From an uncultured Candidatus Binatia bacterium (GTDB taxonomy: Bacteria; Desulfobacterota; Binatia; Bin18): a DNA stretch of 64,000 nucleotides. The stretch spans positions 2,624,001 through 2,688,000 of the forward strand of contig OZ241744.1 of the NCBI GenBank assembly GCA_965200965.1, in the 5' to 3' direction. A program made the position numbers and the translations under genes. This document shows, piece by piece, positions 46,955 to 56,889 of this stretch (position 1 is its first letter; the number at the start of each line of letters is the position of its first letter). The notes under the pieces were generated by a model that was not told the origin of the DNA, made no database searches, and saw nothing but the letters and a program-made list of their open reading frames with translations.

Positions 46955-49162
46955 TCAGAACCGCAGCCGCACGCCGCCAAAGACCCCGAAGGGTGCGCCA
47001 GGGCCGAGAAAGCGCTCAACTCCGGTGTCGTCCAGGGTATTCTCAAACAGCGCGCCGTAGCTCTCGTAGTCCTCGTCAAACAGGTTCTCAAAGCGGACAA
47101 AGATGTCCAAGCGCTCGGTCTTATAGGCCAGCTGGGCGTTGGCGACAACATACGGGTCAAGCCTGGGGTGGGTGTTGGCCTCGTCGCCGCGCAGATACTG
47201 GCCGTCCACATACGCGCCGTCAACACTGAACCACAGGTCAATGGGGAGGGCGATTTCCAGGCCGCCGTTTACCCGGTGGGCCGGCACCAGCGGCAGCCGG
47301 TCGCCGGCTTTGACCTGGGCCAGGCGGTCTTCGTTGGCAAAGGTGAACAGCTGCGCGTCATCCTCAAAGGTCGCCTCGGTCAGGGTGTAGTTGGCAAACC
47401 AGTCGCCCCAACTCCAGCGGCCACGCAGCAGGAACTCAAGACCCTGGCGGCGGGTGGCATCGACATTCTGAAAAAAGCCCAGGACCCGGCTCTGCGGCTC
47501 GTTGCGGAACAGAATGTCATCCGTGAGGTCGGTCCGGTAGAAGGCCAGCGTGGCCTGGAGACTCGGCCGGGGAGACCAGCGCAGGCCGGTTTCCCAGGTC
47601 TTGCCCTTGACGGCCTTGAGCGGCGGGTCATCAACGATAGCGGTCGGCACCGGGCAGGGCGCTTCGGGGTTGGCACAGCTCAGCTCAATCGCGGTTGGCG
47701 CACGGTAGCTCTGGCTATAGCCGGCGTACAGACTGAGGCTCTCGGCCAGCTGATAGCTGGCACCGACAGCCGGGTTGAAGCGGTCAAAGGTATGGCTGCC
47801 GCTGGCGTCTGTGCCGTCGTCAGCGGCGTCGCCGGCCAGGCGGTCTGTGATTTTCAGATGGGTAACATCGTAGCGGCCGGCCACGGTGACGGCCAGTTTT
47901 TCAATCGGCTCAAGTGTGGCGGTGACAAACGGGCCGCCGGCGTGGGTTTGGGTTGTGACATGGGTTTCGATTGCAAGGCCTTGGCCCTCGGCGTGTTCCT
48001 CGGCGGCGTCCAGGTCCTTGAACAGGTCTACTTCAGACTCGTCCTCGTCGTCCTCCCCGCGTTCGGCAATCACATGATCGAGCCGCGCGCCGCCGTAATC
48101 GACACCGGCGATGAGCGTCAGCGGCATTCCGAACACCTGTCCCTGGTAGGCCAGCTGCGCGGCCCCTCCCCAGCTTTTCTGATTGGTCCGGGCATCAACA
48201 TCCTCTTCCACATCGCGATTGAACTGGTCCACGTCGAGCAGCCGGCCGAACAGGTTGGTAGACAGGCTGAGTGCGGGGCTGAGCGTACGCTGATAGGTGC
48301 CATGCAGAAACCACAGCACGGGCTGGAAGCGGTCGGGGTGGGTAAAGACAGCCGAGCGGTCGCGTTTGAGCCGGCTCTCGGGCAGGGGGCCGTTGCCGGT
48401 CAGGCGGTTATGGACCGAGGTCAGGGACAGGCTGGCGTCCTGGACCTCGTCCACATAGCCGAGCTTGCCGAATACATTGCCGACATGGCCGTCAGAGAAG
48501 TCTCGGAAGCCGTCTTCAAGAAAGAAGCTGCCGGACAGGAAATAATCGAACCGGCCGCGACTGCCGCCGCTTTGCAGCAGGGTCCGCAGCCGGCCAAAGG
48601 AGCCGCCCCAGATTTCGGCTATGGTCCCCGGATGGCTGAACCCCCGCTTGGTGCGCATGACGAGCGTGCCGCCGAGGGTGTTGCGGCCGTAGACCGGGTT
48701 TGAGCCAGGGAGCAGCTCGATCCGGTCAATCGCGTCTGTCGGAATCAGGTCCCAGTTGACCTGGTCGGCCAGGGGTTCGTTGACCCGCGCCCCGTCCACA
48801 AACACACTTAGGCCCGGGGGCGTGCCAATCAGAAACGAGCTGGTAAAGCCGCGGTAGCTGAAGTCGGGCTGAAACGGGTTGTTCTGGACGTGGGTGAGGG
48901 TGATGCCGGCGAACTCGCGAGACAGAAAGTCGGTCATGGTGAGGGCCCCGCGGTTGGCCAGGCGCTCGCCGGTGGTGAGCTGAACATTGGCCGGAACCTG
49001 CCCGCGGGGCAGGCCGAGGCCCATCAGCGGCGTTGTGCCCCGGACCTCCATATCAGGCAGACTCAGCGGCTCTTGCCGGGGCGGGGAGGCCGTCTGGGCC
49101 AGAGCGTGGGGAAGGACGGCGAGACTCAACAGGCAGAACAGGGCGGCGCGGCAATACAGTAT
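46955..49162 (-). CDS. TonB-dependent receptor
   Basis: Plug region NPFQPDFSYRGF...DGARVNE...NWDLIP, YGRNTLGG, ENLFD, C-terminal F. The strong RBS precedes ATA at 49162; the first canonical start is TTG at 49129. Confidence 0.88.
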   Translation of the reverse strand: MLYCRAALFCLLSLAVLPHALAQTASPPRQEPLSLPDMEVRGTTPLMGLGLPRGQVPANVQLTTGERLANRGALTMTDFLSREFAGITLTHVQNNPFQPDFSYRGFTSSFLIGTPPGLSVFVDGARVNEPLADQVNWDLIPTDAIDRIELLPGSNPVYGRNTLGGTLVMRTKRGFSHPGTIAEIWGGSFGRLRTLLQSGGSRGRFDYFLSGSFFLEDGFRDFSDGHVGNVFGKLGYVDEVQDASLSLTSVHNRLTGNGPLPESRLKRDRSAVFTHPDRFQPVLWFLHGTYQRTLSPALSLSTNLFGRLLDVDQFNRDVEEDVDARTNQKSWGGAAQLAYQGQVFGMPLTLIAGVDYGGARLDHVIAERGEDDEDESEVDLFKDLDAAEEHAEGQGLAIETHVTTQTHAGGPFVTATLEPIEKLAVTVAGRYDVTHLKITDRLAGDAADDGTDASGSHTFDRFNPAVGASYQLAESLSLYAGYSQSYRAPTAIELSCANPEAPCPVPTAIVDDPPLKAVKGKTWETGLRWSPRPSLQATLAFYRTDLTDDILFRNEPQSRVLGFFQNVDATRRQGLEFLLRGRWSWGDWFANYTLTEATFEDDAQLFTFANEDRLAQVKAGDRLPLVPAHRVNGGLEIALPIDLWFSVDGAYVDGQYLRGDEANTHPRLDPYVVANAQLAYKTERLDIFVRFENLFDEDYESYGALFENTLDDTGVERFLGPGAPFGVFGGVRLRF

Positions 49163-49232
49163 TCTCTACTCCTCCCTGGCGTACGCTTCCTGAGCGGCGG
49201 CGCATTCACAGAAGGGCCGCCGGTCGGCGGTC

Positions 49233-50456
49233 CTACTGCTCATTCCACGAGCGATGGGGGTGCTTGAAGAAATCCTGGTGACGCAGCATGATCTCCGACT
49301 CGGCGTCGAGCAGGTGGGCGATCAGCGCCGCCCTGACCCACATGCCGTTCTCGGCCTGGGCGAAATACAGAGCGCGGGGATCGCGGTCCACATCGGGCGC
49401 AATTTCGTCATTGCGGGGGAAGGGGTGCAGAATCGCCGCGTATTCGCGCATCTGGCCCAATCGCTCGCGGTCCAGGATGAAGCGCCGGCGGTCCAGGTCG
49501 AGCAGAAAGGCGGCCACCTCCTCGTCGTCGTGTTCGTGCTGGACCCGGGTCATGTAGACCAGGTCGGCCGCGCCGATACAGTCGGCCAGGGCGGCGCGTT
49601 CATGCACGGTGACGCCGGCTTCAACCAACTCAGACTGGAGGTCGGCGGTGAGGCGCAGCCGGGGGTGGTCGGGACCGACAAAATACATGCTCACGTCGTC
49701 GTGCTGGGCGAGCAGGGCAGCCAGCGAGCGAATGGTCCGACTCCGGCCCACATCGCCGCAGAACAGATAGGTCTTGCCATCCAGCCCGGGCCGCAGGTGT
49801 GGCCAGCGGGTGCGCAGGGCGGCCAGCCGGCGGCCAAGGGTACGCGGGTCGCCTTCCCGGTCGCCCTCCCGGTCGCTGAAGGTGAAGACCTCCTGGATCG
49901 TATAGTAGTCAAGCAGGGCCTGGGTCGGATGCTCGTCCGCGCCGGAGCCGCCGTTGACAATCGGCACGGCCTTGTCGAGGTCGTTCATCCTGTAGGCGAA
50001 GCACTCGGCCAGCTTGGGCAGGGGGTCGCGCAGGATCACGGTGTCAAAATAGGTGCTGAACATCATGATCGCATCGAGGTCGGACTCGCCTTTATAGGCC
50101 GAAGAAACGGCCGGGTTGCGGATCTCGGCGTAGTCCATGCCCAGGTGTTGACAGGCCCGGACAAAGGACAGAAAGGTCCGGGTGGAGGCTTGGGTAAAGT
50201 GCAGCATGGCCGACTTGTCGCACAGGGTGCCCCGCAGCAGTCGGCTGCCCCGTCGGTTGCGCGCCAGTTGCCGGATCATGGCCGCCAAACCGGTCAGGCG
50301 GTCCAGCAGATCGCGGTCGAACTGGGCCGAGAAGATCACATGTTTGAGCCGATTGTTGCGCTGAAATTCCTGTACCTTCATCATCACCGGGCGGCTCAGC
50401 CGTGGCTCAAACTCGCGCAGATGCTGCAAACGGGCAGATGTGTCTGTGTAATCCAC
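49233..50456 (-). CDS. pyrB: Aspartate carbamoyltransferase catalytic subunit
   Basis: STRT, KGES, HPTQALLD, TRVQ.E, HPFPR; GTG start after ggagg. Confidence 0.82.
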   Translation of the reverse strand: MDYTDTSARLQHLREFEPRLSRPVMMKVQEFQRNNRLKHVIFSAQFDRDLLDRLTGLAAMIRQLARNRRGSRLLRGTLCDKSAMLHFTQASTRTFLSFVRACQHLGMDYAEIRNPAVSSAYKGESDLDAIMMFSTYFDTVILRDPLPKLAECFAYRMNDLDKAVPIVNGGSGADEHPTQALLDYYTIQEVFTFSDREGDREGDPRTLGRRLAALRTRWPHLRPGLDGKTYLFCGDVGRSRTIRSLAALLAQHDDVSMYFVGPDHPRLRLTADLQSELVEAGVTVHERAALADCIGAADLVYMTRVQHEHDDEEVAAFLLDLDRRRFILDRERLGQMREYAAILHPFPRNDEIAPDVDRDPRALYFAQAENGMWVRAALIAHLLDAESEIMLRHQDFFKHPHRSWNEQ

Positions 50457-50575
50457 CAGTCCCTCCCAACGGGTGTAGCACCGCCGCATGGTAACGCTCT
50501 GCCCGGCGAGCGGCAAGAGGAGACTGAGCAGGACATCTCGCGTCATTCAAAAAAGCGTTGACATAACAGGGCGTT

Positions 50576-50749
50576 TCACGCGCTGCGGCGCAACAGCTCG
50601 GCCAGCACTTCGCCCTGGCGTTCCAGTGCTTGGCCGATCTGGCCAAAGCCGACCACAGCGCTCACGATCAGCCCCGCGACCTCAGCCCAATTCGGCTGCT
50701 GCAAGGCGACTACCGCCTCTCGTGCTGACTGTAAGAATTCGGCGTCCAT
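50576..50749 (-). CDS. Small TM protein ending QALERQGEVLAELLRRSA
   Basis: aggagg RBS; shares its C-terminus with 58013-58426. Confidence 0.6.
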   Translation of the reverse strand: MDAEFLQSAREAVVALQQPNWAEVAGLIVSAVVGFGQIGQALERQGEVLAELLRRSA

Positions 50750-50831
50750 CCTGTCCTCCTGCCGGAACGGCACATCCCGCTGCTCGCAAGCGAAATATCA
50801 GTTCCGCCTTCCCGACTGACGGGGGCTGGAG

Positions 50832-51773
50832 CTAGGCGGTGAAATTCAGCTTCAAGCCGGGCCGCGGCCAGTCAAAGGCGACGAGGGTACCGGCTCCCGA
50901 CAGGGTAGCGTAGGCGGTCTTGAGGTCGGGGCCACCAAAGCACACATTGGTCGTGAACGGGTCGGACAGCGGCACATGGTCTACGCCTGAACCGTCTGGC
51001 GCAAAGGCGGAAATGCCGGCCCCGCCCATCAGGGTTGCGACACACACATACCCGGCGCTGTCCACGGCCAGCGAGTCAAGCAGTTGATAACCCGGCAGGC
51101 TGTTCAACAGGCTGGCCCCGCCCGGACCGTCCAGAATAGGACCGCCCGCGCCCTCGGTCCGGGCGACCTCGCCCGGGGCGGTGATGTCCCACTGCCACAC
51201 CCGGCTCTCAAAGGTCTGGGCGATATACAGCTTTTTGTCGCCCGGGGCCAGGCCGATGCCGTTTGGCCCGTCAACCGGCTGGGCGATTTCTGTGATCATC
51301 GAGCCGTCGGGTTTGGCGTAATACACGCCCCCCCGGTCTCGGTCGTGGTCTCTGACCTTGCCAAAATCGGTGAACCAGAAGCCTCCGCTGGCCTCGAACA
51401 CAATGTCATTCGGGCCTTTGAGTTTGTAGCCGTTGCACTCGGTGTACAAGACCTCGACTTTGCCGGTGTTGATATCCACCCGTTGAATACAGCCACCGTT
51501 GTAGTCGGCCGGCACACCGTGGGGAACAGTCAAGCCGTTTACCTCAATCCAGTCAAAGCCACCGTTGTTACACACATAGATTGCACCGTCAGGGCCGATG
51601 GCGGCACCATTTGGGCCACCGCCGGTTTCGGCCACGACCTCCTTGCTGCCGTTGGGTTGGATACGGGTGAGGGTGCCGCGCTTGATCTCGACCACGATCA
51701 CGCTGCCGTCGTCCATCGCAATCGGGCCCTCGGGAAACTGCAAGCCTGCGGTGATTTCTCGAACATCTGCCAT
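50832..51773 (-). CDS. SMP-30/gluconolactonase family protein
   Basis: FPEGP, GPNG, PND, FTD, DS.AVD, TN.CFGG. Confidence 0.9.
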   Translation of the reverse strand: MADVREITAGLQFPEGPIAMDDGSVIVVEIKRGTLTRIQPNGSKEVVAETGGGPNGAAIGPDGAIYVCNNGGFDWIEVNGLTVPHGVPADYNGGCIQRVDINTGKVEVLYTECNGYKLKGPNDIVFEASGGFWFTDFGKVRDHDRDRGGVYYAKPDGSMITEIAQPVDGPNGIGLAPGDKKLYIAQTFESRVWQWDITAPGEVARTEGAGGPILDGPGGASLLNSLPGYQLLDSLAVDSAGYVCVATLMGGAGISAFAPDGSGVDHVPLSDPFTTNVCFGGPDLKTAYATLSGAGTLVAFDWPRPGLKLNFTA

Positions 51774-51930
51774 GCTGTGTCCTCCTTTCTGACTTTCTGA
51801 TTTGTATTGTAGCACACCGAAGACGGCCACGCTCCCCCTGTCCCGCCGGGTCTGGGTGCGATAGCTTTGGCCGGCTCCGAATGGATACCCTGTGGTGAGA
51901 GCGGGCCTTATCGACAAACGGACTAGGCAG

Positions 51931-52200
51931 ATGTTTTACGGCTGGTGGCTGCTTGGTCTGAGCGGCTTCATCTCAAGCCTCCAGACAGCCGGGGTAGCGG
52001 CACTGACCTATGCCACGACGCTTCCGGCACTAGTCGTGTTTGGCCTGGGCTTTGGGGAACGCAATCCGCTGGCGGTGGCGATCCAGGGCGATTATTTTGG
52101 GCAGGCTGAGTTTGGGAAGATTCTGGCTCTGTCCACTGTGCCGATGAATATCCCGATAGTTGGTGGCCGCGCCGTTTGCTGGCTGGATACGCGACCCCCG
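51931..52200 (+). pseudogene. Internally deleted MFS transporter remnant
   Basis: MFYGWW N-terminus joined directly to late helices (GDYFG...FGKIL...PFAGWIRD). Confidence 0.55.
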
Positions 52201-52381
52201 GAGGAGCTGTGAAGGGGCGTTTTTGAGTTGGGCGGGGGGGGGTTATTGGCCAAGAGGCCGCAGCTGCGACCGGACGACGCCTGAGCGGCTGGAAGCGGGC
52301 GTTCACCCTGTCCTCTATCGCCTGCCCGCCGGCCCCCACGGTACGCCGTTTCCGTTTCGGTGTTTTTGTCGCCCCGCGGGC

Positions 52382-53392
52382 TCAGCTTTGATGAAAATGC
52401 GGGATCACCTGCGCACCCATCAGCTCAAGCACCCGGTAGGCGTGAGAGGCTTCCATGCCCGGCCACCAGATGCGGAAGATGAAATGGTTGACGCCCAGCC
52501 GGTCACGATGGGCCTCAATCTGCTGGATCACATCGTCCACGCTGCCCAGGATGAAACGGTCACGCGCCAGGGCGTCAAACGGCATGCGGAACGACTCCTG
52601 GCCGGGCATGGCCTTGTCCTGACCCCAGTCAGCATACGCCTGATATTTGCGCTCCAGGTAGGGCCGGGCCACGGCCAGGGCTTCGTCCCGGCTGGTGGCC
52701 AGGTGCATCTCTTTGATGATGGGGATGGCCGGCGGCGGGCTGGCGTTGGCCTCTGCCAGCGCAGCTCTGTAAACCCCCATCTGGCGTTCGAGCGTGGACA
52801 GGGTAGCGTGCGGGTTGAGCAGCCAGGCACAGCCCAAGCGGCCGGCCCGGGCAACGGCGCTGTCATGATTAGCCGCGATCCAGATCGGCGGGTGGGGGTC
52901 TTGGACCGGGCGGATGGTGCAGGTCCCGCCGGTCACACAGAAGTGTTTGCCGGCAAACGTCACCTCTTCCTCGGTCCACAGCCGACGGATCAGGTCCAGG
53001 GCTTCGAGAAAACGGCCGGTGCGGTCCCGGCGGGTGGTATTGAAGGCCGCATACTCAATATCCCGGTAGCCCAGCCCCAGGCCGAACACCACCCGGCCGT
53101 CGCTGATGACATCCAGCGAGGCCACGTCTTCGGCCAGCCCGACCGGACTGTAGAGCGGCAACAGCACAATCGACAGGATGAGGTCCATCGCGCCGCTCTC
53201 GGCCGCCAACCGGGCCAGGAGCGGAATGCTTTGCAGGTTCTGGTACGGCGGCGACAGAAAGTGCTGGCCGCAGGCAATTGAATCAAAGCCGGCGTCGCGT
53301 GCCAGGCGGGTGAGTTCGACCGTTTCGCGGAACCGTTTGGTCGGCGAGTCGGTCCGCGGGTGTTGGGGCATGACCATAATGCCGAACTTCAT
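52382..53392 (-). CDS. LLM-class flavin-dependent oxidoreductase
   Basis: GFDS....HF, AEDVASLDVISDGR, GYR..EY, PPIWIA. Confidence 0.9.
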   Translation of the reverse strand: MKFGIMVMPQHPRTDSPTKRFRETVELTRLARDAGFDSIACGQHFLSPPYQNLQSIPLLARLAAESGAMDLILSIVLLPLYSPVGLAEDVASLDVISDGRVVFGLGLGYRDIEYAAFNTTRRDRTGRFLEALDLIRRLWTEEEVTFAGKHFCVTGGTCTIRPVQDPHPPIWIAANHDSAVARAGRLGCAWLLNPHATLSTLERQMGVYRAALAEANASPPPAIPIIKEMHLATSRDEALAVARPYLERKYQAYADWGQDKAMPGQESFRMPFDALARDRFILGSVDDVIQQIEAHRDRLGVNHFIFRIWWPGMEASHAYRVLELMGAQVIPHFHQS

Positions 53393-53410
53393 CGCTTCCC
53401 TCCCTGTCGC

Positions 53411-53703
53411 TCATTCCTGGTACAGCGTAATGTCCAGGTCCGCATAGGCCTCATTGCGCAGGGCAACACAGCCTGATAGTCGGGGTCGCTATACCAGGCT
53501 TCAGCCGCGGCCTTATCTGGAAAACGGACCACGATGCCGACCTGATACTCCCTTGAGCCGTGCAGCTTGCCCAGGCCACCGCCTCGTGCCAGGACTTCAC
53601 CGCCGTGCTTGGCGATGACCGTCCGGGCCGCCTGCTGGTAGCGTTGCAGGGTCTCCGCCTTTGTTGGATCAGGATTGCCTTGAACCACAACCATGACACT
53701 CAT
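53411..53703 (-). CDS. DUF1330 family protein with an apparent 1-bp deletion near the 3' end
   Basis: Y......VIAKHGGEVLARG, FP....AEAWY.DP.YQ; adding one C gives LPLRNEAYADLDITLYQE*. Confidence 0.7.
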
Positions 53704-53800
53704 GAAGATACTCCTTTCGGGGATTCTTGTAGCCGCCGGGTCACGGCTTCACAACGCTATCCCAGCGATTCCATTTCAGTAGTGAGGCCGATGGAAGCCC

Positions 53801-54964
53801 TCAGAAAAGGCTGGTCCAGAACTTGAACAACAGCGTGCCGATAAAGGTCCCCAGGGCATAGCCGAGCACGCCCACCAGCACCCCGGGCGTCACCAGATTG
53901 TGCCAGCCCTTGGCCGCGGCCAGGGCTGGCGCGGTTGTCGCGCCCAGAATGGCCGCGTTGGAAGCGGTAATCAGCTCGGGCAGGCTGAGTCGGCACGCAC
54001 TGCCGACCGCAAACGTCACCAGCGCGTGAACGCTCAGCAGGATCAGCACCAGCAGGGTCAGCAGCGGTGCCACCTCGATCATGGCAACAAGGTCGGCACC
54101 GGCGGCAATCGCCGCAAAAAACACAAAGGACAGGCCCACCCCCAGTTCAAAACTGCCGGCCAGTTTGTGCGCCAGGTCTGGAACTAGGCTAGCCAGCCCC
54201 AAGCTCATGGCGGTGATAATCACATAGCGCCAGTCGGGCGCGTCCAGGACCACCACCAGCCCATCCCCCAGCGCGACGACCACCAGGGCCACGGCCACGG
54301 CAAGGGTCAGCGACATGGCTGTGACCGGTACCGCCGGCCCTGTCTCCTGCAAGTTGCCGGCGTGGTCGTGGGCAGGAAAATACCGCGCCAGCCAAGCCCA
54401 GGCCGGCAGCAGGGCGAGCAGACCCAGATAGACCGCGCTGTATAAATTGTCGGTGGCCGTCGCCGCGGAGAAAAACGACGCATCTCGCTGCAAACCGGTC
54501 ATCTCCCCCAGGGCCGCATAGTTGACCGAGCCACCGATATACGTTGAGGCAAACAGCCCGGCAATGGCCGCCTCGCGCCGTTCCGCCGGCAGGCCGGACG
54601 CCGCCCCCAGACCGCTCAGGTCCAGCAGCAACACCGCCACCGTAACGCCGGCGACGGTCCCCGCGCTTGCCAGCAGGAAGGCCAGGGTGGTCCGCGTGGT
54701 GTCAAAAAAGATGCGCCGCAGGTTGGCCTGAAACAGAAACAGCGGGACCAGCAGCGGCACAACATAGGTGAAGACAAAGCCGTAGACCGGCGCAGCGTGG
54801 GGAATGAGCCCCAGATTCGCCGCGGCAATAGCGCCCAGAATGGCGATGACCGCGCCGGTCAAATGCGCACCGACCCGGGTCTTTTCCCCCAAAAAGCCGA
54901 GGCCGGCAATGACAAACAGGGCGGCTGTGACTGCCGTGTGATTGTCCGCGGACGCCAGGGCCAT
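53801..54964 (-). CDS. DUF819 family membrane protein
   Basis: Multi-TM protein, TYIGGSVN, ASNA.I.G.TTA.A.A..KGW, GYA.GT..G. Confidence 0.85.
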   Translation of the reverse strand: MALASADNHTAVTAALFVIAGLGFLGEKTRVGAHLTGAVIAILGAIAAANLGLIPHAAPVYGFVFTYVVPLLVPLFLFQANLRRIFFDTTRTTLAFLLASAGTVAGVTVAVLLLDLSGLGAASGLPAERREAAIAGLFASTYIGGSVNYAALGEMTGLQRDASFFSAATATDNLYSAVYLGLLALLPAWAWLARYFPAHDHAGNLQETGPAVPVTAMSLTLAVAVALVVVALGDGLVVVLDAPDWRYVIITAMSLGLASLVPDLAHKLAGSFELGVGLSFVFFAAIAAGADLVAMIEVAPLLTLLVLILLSVHALVTFAVGSACRLSLPELITASNAAILGATTAPALAAAKGWHNLVTPGVLVGVLGYALGTFIGTLLFKFWTSLF

Positions 54965-54988
54965 CAGTGAACCTCCCCTTCCCGAAGA

Positions 54989-55465
54989 TCAGGGCTGCTC
55001 CGCCGCGGCCCGAAACGGCTCCAGCTCGGCAACATTGCCGCTCCGCAGCAGATCCACAACCCAACGGTGGCCGTCTTCGGCTTCCTGCCGCTGGTGCCAC
55101 TGCAAGCCGTACACAGCCCGCGCCTCCTCAGCCACCTCTTCCCCTTGGAGCGGATACACCGCGGTGCCAAAGCGGGCCCCAGCCTGGCCTCTGGCCCGCC
55201 GCGCAATATAGGGCGGAAACTGCCGGGTCGAGACCACAAACGGGTGGGGGGAAGCCGCAACCTGATCCTCCCAGCCCTTGGCCCGCCACATCGGACTGAA
55301 TCCGTAATACCAGCCACAGACGGCGCTGAGGCCGAGCAGGCCGAGGCCGCCGCCGACCATCCACGGGCCATACGGAGAATGGTAGGCCCAGGCCAGCCCG
55401 CCGAAAAACAGGCTCGTCAGGCCACTCACCACCCCGGCGTGGGTCATAATTGTAATCGTCCTCAC
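54989..55465 (-). CDS. Hypothetical 2-TM protein
   Basis: ggag RBS, two hydrophobic helices. Confidence 0.55.
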   Translation of the reverse strand: MRTITIMTHAGVVSGLTSLFFGGLAWAYHSPYGPWMVGGGLGLLGLSAVCGWYYGFSPMWRAKGWEDQVAASPHPFVVSTRQFPPYIARRARGQAGARFGTAVYPLQGEEVAEEARAVYGLQWHQRQEAEDGHRWVVDLLRSGNVAELEPFRAAAEQP

Positions 55466-55625
55466 CCGCGTCTCCTCTCACCCTTATAGTCCTCCCGCCG
55501 ACTCCCCCGCAATTGGGGGCCGGCCCATCCTTCTTGCTTTTCGGACGAATTTCAGATAGGGGGGGCCTCATCCTGTCCGCCGGCAGCACACACCCGGGGG
55601 ACCCCATCAGGCAGGGGGGAACACG

Positions 55626-56330
55626 ATGCAGCGGAACTTCGGCTTCTGGGTCCTGTGGGCTGTCGCCATTGTCAGCATGAGCGGCTGCGGTCTGTCGGCA
55701 AAAAAGCGTGACGGCCTCGTGCTCGGCGCACTGGCCGGGGCACTGGCCGGCGGGGGGGCCGGCGCTGGAATTGGCCCGGAAGCCAGCAATAATGAGGGCG
55801 ATGGACGGGCGGCCGGGATTGCCATTGGCGCTGCGGCCGGGGCAATCATCGGCGGGCTCATCGGCTATGCGCTGGCAGAAGAGGAAGCTCCGCCACCGCC
55901 ACCCCCGCCCCTTCCGCCGCCGGCAGACCCGGTGCCAGACCCGGTGCCAGACCCGGTGCCAGACCCGGACCCGTGCCAGGGACTCGTCCTGCCGGGCATC
56001 ATGTTTGACTTTGACCAAGCGGATATTCGGCCCGAATTCGATCCGGTGCTCAATACACTGGCACGCCGACTCGGGGAGTGCGCCGATATCAGTCTCACTG
56101 TCGAAGGGCATACCGACTCGCGCGGCTCTGAGGACTATAACCAAACCCTGTCCGAGCGGCGGGCCGAGGCCGTCGCCGGCTACCTGGAAGCCCGGGGGGT
56201 GGATGCCGGACGGCTTGAGGCAGTCGGTATGGGGGAGAGCGCGCCGGTCGAACTGAACCAGAACCCGGACGGCAGCGATAACCCGGACGGGCGGGCCAAG
56301 AACCGCCGGGTCGTCCTGAGTCCCCGCTAG
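55626..56330 (+). CDS. OmpA-family lipoprotein with glycine zipper and Pro-rich linker
   Basis: MSGC lipobox, PDPV repeats, FDFD, VEGHTD, NRRV. Confidence 0.88.
   Translation: MQRNFGFWVLWAVAIVSMSGCGLSAKKRDGLVLGALAGALAGGGAGAGIGPEASNNEGDGRAAGIAIGAAAGAIIGGLIGYALAEEEAPPPPPPPLPPPADPVPDPVPDPVPDPDPCQGLVLPGIMFDFDQADIRPEFDPVLNTLARRLGECADISLTVEGHTDSRGSEDYNQTLSERRAEAVAGYLEARGVDAGRLEAVGMGESAPVELNQNPDGSDNPDGRAKNRRVVLSPR
55925..55978 (+). repeat. 12-bp tandem repeat (gacccggtgcca)
   Basis: Three exact units plus one partial unit, encoding DPVP. Confidence 0.8.
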
Positions 56331-56335
56331 ACAGA

Positions 56336-56810
56336 TGCGGAGGGCTGCCAGCGCACTCGCCGGTATTCGGGTCATTGACCTCTACCAATAACCAGGCCGG
56401 CCCGTCGTGTGGGCAGATATTGGCTTGGCTCAGGGCCGAGGTGACCAAGGTTGAGGAACCGGGCAAAGGAGACATCGCCCGGACGAGTCTGGGCGACCAA
56501 CCGGGCGTCGATAGCCTGTTCTTTCTGACCTTCAATGTCACTAAGCGCAGCCTGACGATCAACCTCAAAAGCGCTCAGGGCAAACAGGTGTTTGCCAAAC
56601 TGATCACAACGGGCGATGGGCGGCTCAATGAGTGTCACCGGCTTTCCCGATAGACCCCCAACAGCTAACCTGGGCGTGTGTCGGTGATCCGGGCACCGGG
56701 ATGCATTGCACCATCGTCATCCTGGCCGCCCTCAGGCAAGCCGGCGCGATTTGAGAGAGATACCGGGACATCCCAGCAGAAATTGCACCGTTCACTGCGG
56801 TCCTGCAGGA
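56336..56810 (+). pseudogene. Degraded formyl-CoA transferase-like (CaiB/BaiF) remnant
   Basis: ALAGIRVID / QAGPSC.Q.LAWL.AEV.KVE.P..GD / KRSLTINLK / GD.GTGMH; frameshifts and deletions. Confidence 0.65.
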
Positions 56811-56889
56811 AGATGGGGGAAACAGACCGGTCAAGCGCTGCCGGTGGAGTTGCTCTGCCAGGACTCGCCTTTGCCGTTCGAGGCTCTGA

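Noticed and set aside
46904-48703. Long antisense ORFs (for example 46904-48703, 49254-50561, 3968-5242, 12637-13815, 41614-42750)
   Set aside because: Shadow frames of real genes, expected in high-GC DNA; no recognisable motifs.
49845-49876. gggaaggcgaccc in pyrB resembling the element loop
   Set aside because: Explained by a 12-bp DREG duplication; no flanking complementary arms.
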